Origin: Thermoplasmata archaeon | GTDB taxonomy: Archaea; Thermoplasmatota; Thermoplasmata; Thermoplasmatales; ARK-15 | DNA: 64,000 bases | NCBI GenBank assembly: GCA_049965455.1 | Contig: JBMFWH010000002.1 | Coordinates: 1,210-65,209 of the forward strand | Direction: 5' to 3' | In this document: in pieces, positions 46,641-56,443 of the stretch | How the letters are laid out: every line of letters starts with the position of its first letter | How positions within the stretch are numbered: the first letter of the stretch is position 1 | The notes under the pieces: model-generated | What the model saw: the letters and a program-made list of their open reading frames with translations, nothing else | What the model was told of the DNA's origin: nothing | The model's database searches: none | Made by a program: the position numbers and the translations under genes

Positions 46641-48092
46641 ATGTTTATAGAAAAGTTTGAATATATTAAAACAGGGCTTACATTCGATGATGTACTCTTA
46701 ATACCCTCTAGAACAAGTGTTGATCCTAAAGATACTCATGTCTCTTCTTCTGTTTCTAGGCATATAAAATTGAAGATTCCAATAGTCAGTTCTCCTATGG
46801 ATACAGTAACTGAAGATGCCATGGCCATTGCAATGGCTAGAATGGGGGGATTAGGAATAGTCCATAGAAATTTAACAGTGGATGAACAGGTGGCAATTGT
46901 AAGAAAGGTAAAGAAAGAAGAGAGTATAATAATAAGGGATTTATATACTGTTTCCCCTGATACGCCGATTAAAGATGCTCAGAAAATCATTTTAGATAAA
47001 AAAATTACGGGCTTGCCTGTCATAATGGAAGGAAAGTTAGTGGGGATACTGACTTCAAGAGATATTAGATTTTATAAGGGAGAGAACCTATCAGTAAAAG
47101 ACCTTATGACAAAAGAAGTGGTAACCGGCTCAGAAGATATCAAGATAAGTGAGGCAATAAAAATATTGCATGATAATAGAATTGAAAAATTACCAATCGT
47201 AGATGGCCAGAATAGATTGGTAGGATTGATAACTGCCAGTGATATTGAAAAGAGAGAAACATATCCCGATGCAACTAGAGATAAAGAGGGCAGGCTGAAG
47301 GTAGGTGCTGCTGTTGGCCCGTTTGATATTTTAAGGGCAGAGATGCTTGAAAAATCAGGAGTAGATTTGCTGGTGGTTGACACCGCTCATGCACATAACG
47401 AGAAAGTTATGGCAGGAATAAAAGAAATTCGTAAAAAGCTGGATATTGACATTATTGCCGGGAACATTGCCACTAAAGAATCTGCAGAAGATATCATAGC
47501 ATTGGAAGTAGACGGATTGAGAGTCGGCATAGGGCCAGGTTCAATCTGTACTACCAGGATAATTGCCGGCGCTGGAATGCCACAATTAGAAGCTATTTCA
47601 CAGGCCGCAGAAATTGCTGAAAAACAGCAGATTCCGGTGATTGCAGATGGAGGCATTAGATATTCTGGAGACATTGTAAAAGCTATTGCTGCAGGAGCAA
47701 ATGTAGTAATGCTAGGAAGCCTTTTGGCAGGCACGGATGAGGCCCCGGGAGAAGAAATGTTTATAGAAGGAAAGAAATTTAAGAGTTATAGAGGAATGGG
47801 CTCATTAGGCGCAATACAGAAAGGCATTTCAGACAGATATGGTAAGATAGGTGGCACAAAGTTTGTTCCGGAAGGCGTTGAAGCAGCAATACCATATAAA
47901 GGCAAAGTTAAAGACACGATTTTACAGCTGATTGGTGGGATCAGATCAGGAATGGGGTATGTAGGGGCAAAAGATATAGATTCATTGAGAAAAAATGCCA
48001 GATTCATCAGGATTACGCAAAGTGGTCTGATTGAGAGCCATCCACATAACGTCACCATAATCTCCGATTCGCCAAACTATCCTGTTAAATAG
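46641..48092 (+). CDS. guaB: IMP dehydrogenase
   Basis: GLTFDDVLLIPS, an internal CBS pair, the catalytic loop GIGPGSICTTR, and GGIRYSGD. Confidence 0.95.
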   Translation: MFIEKFEYIKTGLTFDDVLLIPSRTSVDPKDTHVSSSVSRHIKLKIPIVSSPMDTVTEDAMAIAMARMGGLGIVHRNLTVDEQVAIVRKVKKEESIIIRDLYTVSPDTPIKDAQKIILDKKITGLPVIMEGKLVGILTSRDIRFYKGENLSVKDLMTKEVVTGSEDIKISEAIKILHDNRIEKLPIVDGQNRLVGLITASDIEKRETYPDATRDKEGRLKVGAAVGPFDILRAEMLEKSGVDLLVVDTAHAHNEKVMAGIKEIRKKLDIDIIAGNIATKESAEDIIALEVDGLRVGIGPGSICTTRIIAGAGMPQLEAISQAAEIAEKQQIPVIADGGIRYSGDIVKAIAAGANVVMLGSLLAGTDEAPGEEMFIEGKKFKSYRGMGSLGAIQKGISDRYGKIGGTKFVPEGVEAAIPYKGKVKDTILQLIGGIRSGMGYVGAKDIDSLRKNARFIRITQSGLIESHPHNVTIISDSPNYPVK

Positions 48093-48972
48093 TCGTTACC
48101 ACAATTCCATTGGCTGTTACTAAAAAAGTATGCTCTGCTTGTGTTACAAGACCTTTCTTTTTTTCTTTTAATATTGGGAATTTGTACATATTCTTATTTT
48201 TTACGAGCAAATCTATTATTATATTATGATTTTCAATGCTATTAAGCCATCGTTCAGCAAAAGGTAACATATTGAATCTCTGGTATAATAGATCATAATA
48301 TCCCATCAGATCTTTTTTGGGGGGCTCTGTAAGTATTGCAATACCCCCGTAATTATGTTCTTTTATCAATCCCACTCCATTTGTAGCAAAAGGCTCTATG
48401 GCTACAGCCATGCCCACTTCCAGTTGTGCATGATCTTTATTGTTGTAGTTCGGAACTGTTTTTCCACTGTGCAACTTAAATTTTGATAGTTCATGGCCGG
48501 TAAGATTATAGATAGGGTTATATTCATAAAATTTTATGGTATCCTCTATTACAGTGCCTATCTCAGCAAGCTCCATCCCTACATGAATCTCCTTGACCAC
48601 ATTTTCTAATGCTTTTTTAGACGCGTTGATCAAGAATTCATTGTTGTTGGAGCCTACTTCTACTGTAACAGCAGTATCTGCAATGTACCCATTAATGTGA
48701 GTTCCTAAATCAAGTTTTATCAGGTCACCTCGCTTAAATAACCTGGAATCGTTATATGAAGGGGTATAATGTGCCGCTTCGTCATTTGCTGAAACATTAA
48801 CAGGAAATGCTAGATTACCCCCCTGCTCCATTATGTAATTTTCTATTTTTGTAACTGTTTCAAAAACAGATGTATTTTCTCTTATGATGCTTTTCCCATA
48901 TTCTATTGCGCTTTTTGCTATTTTACCAGCTTTAATATAAGATTCTAATGCTTCTATACTAAAATCATTCAT
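48085..48972 (-). CDS. map: methionine aminopeptidase, type 2
   Basis: 295 aa with a pita-bread fold pattern (AFPVNVSANDEAAHY, DLGTHINGYIAD, GHEL, VAIEPF) and the archaeal-type insert. Confidence 0.9.
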   Translation of the reverse strand: MNDFSIEALESYIKAGKIAKSAIEYGKSIIRENTSVFETVTKIENYIMEQGGNLAFPVNVSANDEAAHYTPSYNDSRLFKRGDLIKLDLGTHINGYIADTAVTVEVGSNNNEFLINASKKALENVVKEIHVGMELAEIGTVIEDTIKFYEYNPIYNLTGHELSKFKLHSGKTVPNYNNKDHAQLEVGMAVAIEPFATNGVGLIKEHNYGGIAILTEPPKKDLMGYYDLLYQRFNMLPFAERWLNSIENHNIIIDLLVKNKNMYKFPILKEKKKGLVTQAEHTFLVTANGIVVTTI

Positions 48973-49574
48973 AAGCTTTTATATTCGTTAACAATATTTA
49001 TAATTTTCTTCCATTTAAAGACACCTTCTCTTACAAGCTCGATACTGTTTTCATTAACTTTAATTACCGTTGAAGGTATTCCGGACAAAGTACCACCATC
49101 TAAAAACATCTGCACCCTACCTTTCAATTCCTCAATAGCGGTTGATAAAGTATTTGGAGCTTTACCTCCATGTAAATTAGCACTGGTAATAGTGATCGGG
49201 CCAGCGATCTCTACAAGTTTTGAAATAACCTCAGAATTCGGGATCCTAATACCGACAGTATCACTTACCAGACATTTCGGTACTTTCTTGTTTTTTAAAA
49301 CTAATGTTATTGCTCCTTTTGGTGTATTATCTAAAATTTTTATTGCCAGATCCGGCACTTCTGCCAGATCGTACATCATCTCTATAGAATTAACAGCGAC
49401 AGGCACGGGTACATTGTCAGTCCTGTTTTTTAAATTGTATATTTTTGCCGCATTTGCTGAATATATGGAAATTGAAAGTGCATATAAAGTATCTGTAGGA
49501 ACTACTGCAAAGTCATTTTTAATAAACTCTCCGAGTATATGTATATCATTTTCATTTATTTTCAAAATTTGCAT
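48969..49574 (-). CDS. YrdC/Sua5-family threonylcarbamoyl-AMP synthase (YrdC domain only)
   Basis: VPTDTLYALS, IRIPN and ITITSANLHG motifs. 201 aa. Confidence 0.85.
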   Translation of the reverse strand: MQILKINENDIHILGEFIKNDFAVVPTDTLYALSISIYSANAAKIYNLKNRTDNVPVPVAVNSIEMMYDLAEVPDLAIKILDNTPKGAITLVLKNKKVPKCLVSDTVGIRIPNSEVISKLVEIAGPITITSANLHGGKAPNTLSTAIEELKGRVQMFLDGGTLSGIPSTVIKVNENSIELVREGVFKWKKIINIVNEYKSL

Positions 49575-49751
49575 AATTGATCACGGTCCGCTAAATGTGA
49601 TTGAACTATTCCCAGCTAAAGCATCTGAGCTTCCTGAAATACCTTTATAGATATATTCCAAAGCAATACCTTGCAATTTCACAGACGTAAATACGGGTTT
49701 GCCAACCCTGCTTTCATCAGTCTTATCTTTGCTGTTTTTTGATGTTATAGG

Positions 49752-49824
49752 CGCCGCCGATCGGATTTGAACCGATGACCACTCGGTTAACAGCCGAGCG
49801 CTCCACCTGCTAAGCTACGGCGGC
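49752..49824 (-). tRNA. tRNA-Asn (anticodon GTT)
   Basis: Reverse complement reads GCCGCCG-TA-GCTTAGCAGGTGGAGC-G-CTCGG-CTGTTAA-CCGAG-TGGTC-ATCGGTTCAAATCCGAT-CGGCGGC-G. No encoded CCA. Confidence 0.9.
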
Positions 49825-50081
49825 ACATTTTCTTATGATAAAAACCATTATGTTAAGGCACTATTTATATTTTTCAAAGATTGATTTTCTTAATTGTTCA
49901 TTGAAAAATTTTGTAGGATTATCGACATGACCAATCAATATACTTTAAAAATATATTAAATTAAGTACTTTTCATCCCGTATCTTCTATTAAAAGGCCTA
50001 TTTTACAAGGCCAAAAAGATGCGATTTTTATCCTTTTTAGACTTGGCTTATATGTGCTCTATCATTCTATTTTCTCTTAAA

Positions 50082-51044
50082 TTAAAGCTTTGCCTCGGAC
50101 CCTATCAAGTAAAGATATGCCAACAATGCATCCAGCTGTATCTTTTCCGTAGCACCTTCGTTTATTCTAAAGTCAATTTCTCCAAGTTTCTCTATTATTT
50201 TAATTATTATTCTATCCTCAATAGTCAGGTCTAGGACTGTTCTGTGTATTCCTCTAATTAGATCTGGGGCCGTAACTCCACCATTTATAAGCATTTTATC
50301 AAGCATGTTCCTAGCTTTAGTGAAATCACCCTTTAGTGCAGAAGTTATCATGATTTCAATATCTTTTTTACTGGCACTACCAGTAACATTATATATTGTG
50401 GTTTCATCTATATTCTTGGAAAATACCGCTGCAGTTTGCAAAATTATTATTGCCCTCCTTAAATCGCCTTCTGAAAGATGTTCAATAACTTCCAGTGCAG
50501 GTTCTGTAATTTCTATTTTTTCAAGCTTGGAGATCTGTTTTATCCTGTTTTTTATCATTTCTTTGTCAATGGCCTTAAATCTGAAAATACCGCATCTAGA
50601 CTGAATAGGCTCTATTATCTTTGATGGATAATTTGCAGATAGAATGAACCTGCACGTTTGAGAGTACCGTTCCATAGTTCTTCTTAATGCTGATTGCGCG
50701 TCAGAGGTAAGGTTATCCGCCTCATCTAGAAATATAATCTTGAATTCTGCATTTGTCAGCGAGGATGATCTTGCATATTCCTTTATGTCATCTCTGACAA
50801 CATCTATTCCTCTCGCATCACTTGCATTCAATTCTAAAAAATTCATACGATACTGATCTCCATAAAGTTCTCTAGCCAGAGCTATAGCACAGGTAGTTTT
50901 TCCAGTCCCGGCTGGTCCTGAAAATATCATGTGCGGTAAGTTCTTTTCTGCAACATATGCCTTCAGACGTGCTACTATCTCATCTTGCCCGACCACTTCA
51001 CTGAGATTTTTCGGCCTGTATTTTTCTACCCACAAGTCTTCCAT
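50082..51044 (-). CDS. rfcS: replication factor C small subunit
   Basis: WVEKYRP, GPAGTGKTT, FLDEADNLT and SRC motifs. 320 aa. Confidence 0.95.
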   Translation of the reverse strand: MEDLWVEKYRPKNLSEVVGQDEIVARLKAYVAEKNLPHMIFSGPAGTGKTTCAIALARELYGDQYRMNFLELNASDARGIDVVRDDIKEYARSSSLTNAEFKIIFLDEADNLTSDAQSALRRTMERYSQTCRFILSANYPSKIIEPIQSRCGIFRFKAIDKEMIKNRIKQISKLEKIEITEPALEVIEHLSEGDLRRAIIILQTAAVFSKNIDETTIYNVTGSASKKDIEIMITSALKGDFTKARNMLDKMLINGGVTAPDLIRGIHRTVLDLTIEDRIIIKIIEKLGEIDFRINEGATEKIQLDALLAYLYLIGSEAKL

Positions 51045-51244
51045 AATACATTCAACTCTATATTATTGCTTACCTTCCGTCTAAGCCAAAGTGTGGAGGT
51101 ACACACTTTAAACAGGTACTTTATTGCTGGATGAATACGCTATTTTATTATTATAGCAAAACGCTATTTAAACATTTTTATTGACTAAATTGCGTGCAGC
51201 TCCTCTCCAAAGATCTTATGTAAAAATAAAAAGAGTAAGAGCCT

Positions 51245-51379
51245 TTATCGCGCTTTTACTTCTTTCTCTATGTTTGGGCGCTCTTTAAAAAATATGGTAG
51301 AACCGCATTCACAAGTCAAATCATAAGCTGTCATTTTACCAGTATATGGTCTACCACATACTGCACATCTATATACCAT
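51245..51379 (-). CDS. rpoP: DNA-directed RNA polymerase subunit P (Rpo12)
   Basis: Not in the ORF track (44 aa). Translates to MVYRCAVCGRPYTGKMTAYDLTCECGSTIFFKERPNIEKEVKAR, a Zn-ribbon in the conserved position downstream of rpl37ae. Confidence 0.8.
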   Translation of the reverse strand: MVYRCAVCGRPYTGKMTAYDLTCECGSTIFFKERPNIEKEVKAR

Positions 51380-51380
51380 C

Positions 51381-51641
51381 TTAGCTCTCTCCCGTGGTTT
51401 CAGCTGCTTTTATCTCTTTCTTCACTTCAGGAGTATATGCGCCACCAGCAAATGTATAACCGCACTTGCGGCATTGCCAGATTCCAGTAGACTTTCTATA
51501 CACGGTTTTATGATTGCATCTGGGGCAGGTATATGCTTCTATCTTTAATTCCATGGTCTCTTTCCATTTTTTCTTGGCCGCTACACCATATCTTGGCCCG
51601 AACCTGCCGGATATGCCAACTTTCTTCGTTCTATTCGACAC
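51381..51641 (-). CDS. rpl37ae: 50S ribosomal protein L37Ae (eL43)
   Basis: GRFGPRYG and a CPRC...CRKC zinc ribbon. 86 aa. Confidence 0.93.
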   Translation of the reverse strand: MSNRTKKVGISGRFGPRYGVAAKKKWKETMELKIEAYTCPRCNHKTVYRKSTGIWQCRKCGYTFAGGAYTPEVKKEIKAAETTGES

Positions 51642-51643
51642 TT

Positions 51644-52441
51644 TTACTCACCTTTTTTAATTATGTATTTTTCTCGGATCTCGTTCCCTATTTTAATAGT
51701 AGTATTAATAATTTTCTTTATTTCTTCAATACTGAATGAACCTGTTGATCCTTTTTGCATAGCATTAACGTTTCCAAGCTCATTTGCAGCAACGGTTAAT
51801 CTGGCGCTGGATATATTTTCTTCGTCTAGGTTGGGATCGATCAATATTGAATTATCAATTTTTACAGCAGTGATCTCAACTGGATAGTGATTCACTGGTA
51901 ACTTAAAGTCCTCTCCATAACCATACTTCGACGCAGGCACTACTGCCTCAGTTAGTGCAATCATTGATGCCAGAGACGAAGCATCGAACAGATTCCCATC
52001 ATAATCGAGAACATGAAGATCTATAAATATGATCCATACCAGCTCGTTTTCCTTTATTACCAGCTTCTCTAAGTCTATGGTTTTACTTTCTCTCAACCCT
52101 CTATCTACCACTCTCGCAAGTTCTATGGCATCTTCTCCAGGTGGCCCAGATTCAAATGTAGGAGATGCAAGAGGTACTAATTCTGCATTTGTGGTGATCA
52201 CGCCCACATTTGGGGTATCAGGAAATGGCTCTCCAGGCTCAATCTTTATCCCTGCAAGTACCTGGGTATTGCCTATCTTTACCAGCGCGGAACCATTGGC
52301 TCTTGTCACAAAATTTCTTATTACCTCTATGTTTCTGTACTCTTCCAATCCTCGATTATCAATTCTCAAGCCTCCAGCTGCAAGCTTTTGTATGTAGCTT
52401 TTCTTGATTTCAGAAACTACACCCTCAGTAAATCTTGACAT
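51644..52441 (-). CDS. rrp42: exosome complex component Rrp42
   Basis: RNase PH-like (RIDNRGLEEYR...GSALVKIGNT) in the conserved position after rrp41. Confidence 0.9.
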   Translation of the reverse strand: MSRFTEGVVSEIKKSYIQKLAAGGLRIDNRGLEEYRNIEVIRNFVTRANGSALVKIGNTQVLAGIKIEPGEPFPDTPNVGVITTNAELVPLASPTFESGPPGEDAIELARVVDRGLRESKTIDLEKLVIKENELVWIIFIDLHVLDYDGNLFDASSLASMIALTEAVVPASKYGYGEDFKLPVNHYPVEITAVKIDNSILIDPNLDEENISSARLTVAANELGNVNAMQKGSTGSFSIEEIKKIINTTIKIGNEIREKYIIKKGE

Positions 52442-52444
52442 GGA

Positions 52445-53185
52445 TTACTCACCCTCTTCTAATACTTTTAAGTATTTGTTTTTAAGTGCCTCTTTCTGCA
52501 GTTCATAAACTTTCATGGATGCATTGTATGCTAGATCCATCCCTTTGTCTAATTCTTCCAAGGACATGTTGCCATCCATCTGTAAAAGTACTATCTCCTT
52601 GGTTCTAGGAATTATAGCAATTGGTAGATCTGCTTCCCCAAAATTATCTTCATCTTTATTTAGGTCTAAAACTACCTGCCCACCAACTTTACCCGCAGCA
52701 CACCCTGCTATGAGATCCCGCATGGGTATCCCTGCATCAACTAATGCCACAGATGCCGCTGTTAGACCCGCGATTCTGGTACCTGCATCAGATTGTAGAA
52801 CCTCTATGAACACATCTATAGATGTTCTCGGAAACTGCTCTGCTAAAACTACACTTTCTAACGCATTGGAGATTACCATTGATAGCTCTACACTTCTTCT
52901 ATCTGGTCCAGGCCTTTTTCTCTCATCCACAGAAAATGCGGCCATATTATATCTGGCTCTTACTATTGCCTTACTTGCATCCTGTAAATGCTTTGGAAAT
53001 ACTTCCCTTGGTCCATAAACCGCCGCCAAAATCTTGTTTTCTCCCCATTCTATGTATGCAGATCCATCTGCTCTCTCTAATACGCCTACTTCTATCTTTA
53101 TTGGCCTCAATTCATCAAACTTTCTTCCATCTGTTCTTATCCCGTTTTCATCTATTAACTTAATATCTGTTTTCATGCCACTCAT
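52445..53185 (-). CDS. rrp41: exosome complex exonuclease Rrp41
   Basis: RNase PH domain ([31 protein letters not shown]). Confidence 0.92.
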   Translation of the reverse strand: MSGMKTDIKLIDENGIRTDGRKFDELRPIKIEVGVLERADGSAYIEWGENKILAAVYGPREVFPKHLQDASKAIVRARYNMAAFSVDERKRPGPDRRSVELSMVISNALESVVLAEQFPRTSIDVFIEVLQSDAGTRIAGLTAASVALVDAGIPMRDLIAGCAAGKVGGQVVLDLNKDEDNFGEADLPIAIIPRTKEIVLLQMDGNMSLEELDKGMDLAYNASMKVYELQKEALKNKYLKVLEEGE

Positions 53186-53871
53186 TTCTGTTCACTCCTA
53201 TTTAACTCTTCCAAATAAGCCTTAATCCGGTCTGTCAATCCTATTGTATGTGCTTCTCGCTCAATAATTCGTATAGTTTTAATCACTTCTAAAGTCTGCT
53301 TTGGCTCGCCATCAATCCATATTTCTCCGTTTTGGCCCACATAGATTTTTGTGTTTGTTGCTTCTTTTAAAAGCTTAATCATAGAGCCTTCTTTGCCAAT
53401 GATCCTGGATACTTTTGTCGGTGATACTGTTATCAAGAATCCACCTTCCAACTTTCTTAATCCAGGCTCTTTCATAGAAACCCATATTTGGTTTGATTCT
53501 GTAATATTAGATACTTTTACAAGTACGACATCTCCAATATTTAAGAACCTGGATGTGTCTCCGAACTCTATTCTCCATGGCACATCATTAACGTGTAACG
53601 GCGCTGTATAAGGTGCATTGATATCCACTACCCAGTTTGTGGGGGTAAGATCCACTATTTTTCCTATAACTTTATCACCTTTCTCTGGGAAATATTTCCC
53701 GGCAAGAGGCATAATGTTAAGGTATCCAGACTTTTCAGATTTTGTGCCTAAATATACTGAATATGCTTTCTCGTTTTCTATGTATATACCTATACCAGGT
53801 TTATTCGGGCCTAAATCAATCTCTTCTCCTGGTAAAACAAACTCTCTAACACTTTTCATAATTATTATCAC
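53182..53871 (-). CDS. rrp4: exosome complex RNA-binding protein Rrp4 (S1 + KH)
   Basis: VLPGE start, an S1-like middle part and a KH motif ([12 protein letters not shown]). Confidence 0.9.
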   Translation of the reverse strand: MIIIMKSVREFVLPGEEIDLGPNKPGIGIYIENEKAYSVYLGTKSEKSGYLNIMPLAGKYFPEKGDKVIGKIVDLTPTNWVVDINAPYTAPLHVNDVPWRIEFGDTSRFLNIGDVVLVKVSNITESNQIWVSMKEPGLRKLEGGFLITVSPTKVSRIIGKEGSMIKLLKEATNTKIYVGQNGEIWIDGEPKQTLEVIKTIRIIEREAHTIGLTDRIKAYLEELNRSEQK

Positions 53872-54570
53872 CTAACTTTTTAAAATTTTAGTCTGCGCAT
53901 TTCCATGCGTCTTTTTGTTTAATATATCAAAAAACTCAATTTGAACGCCAGCAGGTATCTCTATTACCCCTACCCAAGAACCATCGTTTTGCCATTCTTC
54001 CTTCAATACAGTACCCATCTTTGTGATTTCCTGATAACTTTTCAAGTAATCTTCTCCAGAAATCTTTACCGCAATTTTTATTTTTTCAAATTTTATTGGG
54101 AGTATCAGTCTGATAGCTTTTACAACCGTATTAACCTGTTCTTCCACACTTTTAAAGGGGTCTATATGCACTTTTGCCTCCTCAATTGCAGTCTCAATGC
54201 GCTGGGGAGGATGAGGGGTATTCGTTTGTGGGTTAATTGCATTTTTTGAGATCTCCATTATAATCTGCCTTTTTTTATCTTCAAGCATCTTTCTTCTCTG
54301 CTCTGTGGTTAACTGTACCTGCCCCTTCAAAATAATATGTTTTACTATCTCCTGTATGTTATCCGTCTCAAATACTTCTTTCAAAACCTCTTCGCTAGCT
54401 CTGTCCCCTTTATTGGCATCTTTAAAAATCGTATCACTTACCATATACTCTATAACATCGACATCTTTACCAGCTTTTATAATATCAACTAGTGCCGGAT
54501 CTATAAGTATTTCAAATCGATGCCCATGGCTCTCAAATCTTGCAATTATTGAATCTTCTAATTTTACCAT
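53872..54570 (-). CDS. sdo1: SBDS-family ribosome maturation protein (Sdo1)
   Basis: 232 aa with the N-terminal FYSH-like HRFEILIDP and the conserved position between psmA and rrp4. Confidence 0.88.
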   Translation of the reverse strand: MVKLEDSIIARFESHGHRFEILIDPALVDIIKAGKDVDVIEYMVSDTIFKDANKGDRASEEVLKEVFETDNIQEIVKHIILKGQVQLTTEQRRKMLEDKKRQIIMEISKNAINPQTNTPHPPQRIETAIEEAKVHIDPFKSVEEQVNTVVKAIRLILPIKFEKIKIAVKISGEDYLKSYQEITKMGTVLKEEWQNDGSWVGVIEIPAGVQIEFFDILNKKTHGNAQTKILKS

Positions 54571-54578
54571 AGTCTCTT

Positions 54579-55286
54579 TTAAATTTTATTTAGATAATTC
54601 TCAGTTTCTGATTCCTCTAATATTCTGAACCCTTTGTCTTTGGTAACAATACCTATCTGCGCAATGATTGGCGTATTTGGGTCTTCAGCAGCTTTTTTTA
54701 AGCCTTTCAGTGCTAATATGATCGCTTCATCCATGCTCATATTATCCTTGTACTCTTTTTCAAAAATAGGCATTATTATGTCTCTACCAGCTCCTATACA
54801 ATCTGCTTTATATCCTAAAAATGCTCCGGAAGGCTCGGTCTCAAATAGATGAGGCTCATCATCTACACCTGCTATTAATAAAGATGCTCCAAACGGTCTA
54901 GCTCCACCGTACTGCGTATATTGCTGCACATAATCGCTTACTTTTTTGGTTAAAACCTCTACTCCTACCTTCTCGTTATAAGTTACTTTTTCAACCTGAG
55001 CATTAACACGTGCATAATCTACAAGCATTCTTGCATCTGCCACTAAGCCGGAAGATGCTGCACCTATGTGCTCATCTATCATGTAGATTTTCTCGATGCT
55101 TTTTGGTTCTATCAAGTTGCTCCTCACCTTTTTATCGATTATTAAAGCAACTCCATCCTTGAATTTCATACCTATAGTTGTAGATCCTCTTCTTACTGCT
55201 TCCCTAGCATATTCAACCTGAAACAATCTCCCATCTGGTGAGAAGACTGTTATAGCTCTATCGTATGCCATCTGTGCTTGTTGCAT
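54579..55286 (-). CDS. psmA: proteasome subunit alpha
   Basis: [21 protein letters not shown]-terminus. 235 aa. Confidence 0.95.
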   Translation of the reverse strand: MQQAQMAYDRAITVFSPDGRLFQVEYAREAVRRGSTTIGMKFKDGVALIIDKKVRSNLIEPKSIEKIYMIDEHIGAASSGLVADARMLVDYARVNAQVEKVTYNEKVGVEVLTKKVSDYVQQYTQYGGARPFGASLLIAGVDDEPHLFETEPSGAFLGYKADCIGAGRDIIMPIFEKEYKDNMSMDEAIILALKGLKKAAEDPNTPIIAQIGIVTKDKGFRILEESETENYLNKI

Positions 55287-55346
55287 TTTTTCACCTCTGT
55301 TCTTAAATCCTTATAATCTTTTATATTATAAACTTTTAGTTTTTTA

Positions 55347-55540
55347 CTATGACAGAAATAAAGCGTTAAATCTATTGCTATTTCCTTATGGTTTTATTAT
55401 GTATTTCAGGGCATTTATGATAGCTTTTCTTAAAAAAGTACATACCCCATACACTTTTAATATCTTGGAAATAAACTATTTTACGATACTTTTTACTTAT
55501 GAGTATATAAATGTGGTCTAACGGTTTATTTCTGGCATAG
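55347..55540 (+). mobile_element. MITE family 2, copy 2
   Basis: Same TIRs and interior as 41703-41896. 8-bp TSD GTTTTTTA at 55339-55346 and 55541-55548. Confidence 0.88.
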
Positions 55541-55584
55541 GTTTTTTAGTTAATGTTCAGTATGTTATGTTTTTAGCATTTGTG

Positions 55585-56127
55585 CTATCTTGACTCTTTA
55601 CAATCCTGGCATATGAACATTCCATTGTAAAATTCTAGTGACGTGGAGAACCTGCCACACAATTCGCATCTTCCTGTTATATGTTCATGTACCTCATTCA
55701 TATAATGCTCATTTGATATATTGTTCCATTCATTTGCAAGTAAAATCAGATCCGGGGATATTTTTACTATGTCATTTTCTGATAACAACCCGATAATTTT
55801 ACCGCCCTTTATTACAGGTAGTTTCCGAATCTTCTTCTTTACCATCAATTTAGCACAATCTTCTAATTTATCATCTTCTGATACTGCTACAATTGGAGAA
55901 CTCATTATGGATCTTAAAAGTGTCTTAGCTGGATCTCTATTTTCAGAAACTACCTTTAAAACAATGTCATGCTCAGTGACTATCCCTAATGGCTCGCTAT
56001 TCTCAGATACTATTATGGTACTTACATTGTTATGAACCATTTCTCTTACCGCTTTCAAAACAGTAAGGTCTAGATCTAATAGCAATGGATTTTTAGACAT
56101 TATTTCTTTGATCTCAATTCGTTTCAT
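55585..56127 (-). CDS. CBS-pair protein with C-terminal zinc ribbon
   Basis: Two CBS repeats, then CELCGR...CQDC. Confidence 0.75.
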   Translation of the reverse strand: MKRIEIKEIMSKNPLLLDLDLTVLKAVREMVHNNVSTIIVSENSEPLGIVTEHDIVLKVVSENRDPAKTLLRSIMSSPIVAVSEDDKLEDCAKLMVKKKIRKLPVIKGGKIIGLLSENDIVKISPDLILLANEWNNISNEHYMNEVHEHITGRCELCGRFSTSLEFYNGMFICQDCKESR

Positions 56128-56178
56128 ACAAATATAATGAATTTATTATGCTTTAATAATCTTTTGGCTTTTCGACCC

Positions 56179-56214
56179 TGCCTGAATAGTGAATTTTCTT
56201 AACGACCAGCTTTT
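56179..56214 (+). repeat. 36-nt conserved motif, copy without adjacent IS (TGCCTGAATAGTGAATTTTCTTAACGACCAGCTTTT)
   Basis: 33/36 identical to 60397-60432, which lies directly upstream of the IS110-type ORF. Confidence 0.7.
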
Positions 56215-56443
56215 CATTTTAAAAATCTTTTATATACCATAAATTTTAAGATGTTAGCAAATGTTCGTCTATTAGCTTAAACATATCATTTAATAAATAA
56301 CTTGAACCTGTTATAAAAATTGATTTTAGGCTATGTTACAAACAGTAATTGATAAATAATAGGGATGATCGTGAAATAATTGGCAACATCTAGTTTGAGC
56401 AAGATTTATATATTTATGTAGTATTATACATATCGGGATTATT

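Noticed and set aside
49600-49720. A possible C/D-box sRNA between sua5 and tRNA-Asn, with UGAUGA on the minus strand and a GGGTT-GGCA-AACCC hairpin.
   Set aside because: No D box (CUGA) or C'/D' pair at the required spacing. A single UGAUGA is expected by chance.
51095-51120. The palindrome AAGTGTG-GAGGTA-CACACTT between rfcS and rpoP as a candidate regulatory hairpin or sRNA.
   Set aside because: It is an isolated 7-bp stem in an intergenic region with no repeat elsewhere in the window and no flanking conserved motif. I cannot distinguish it from chance or an ordinary terminator-like structure.
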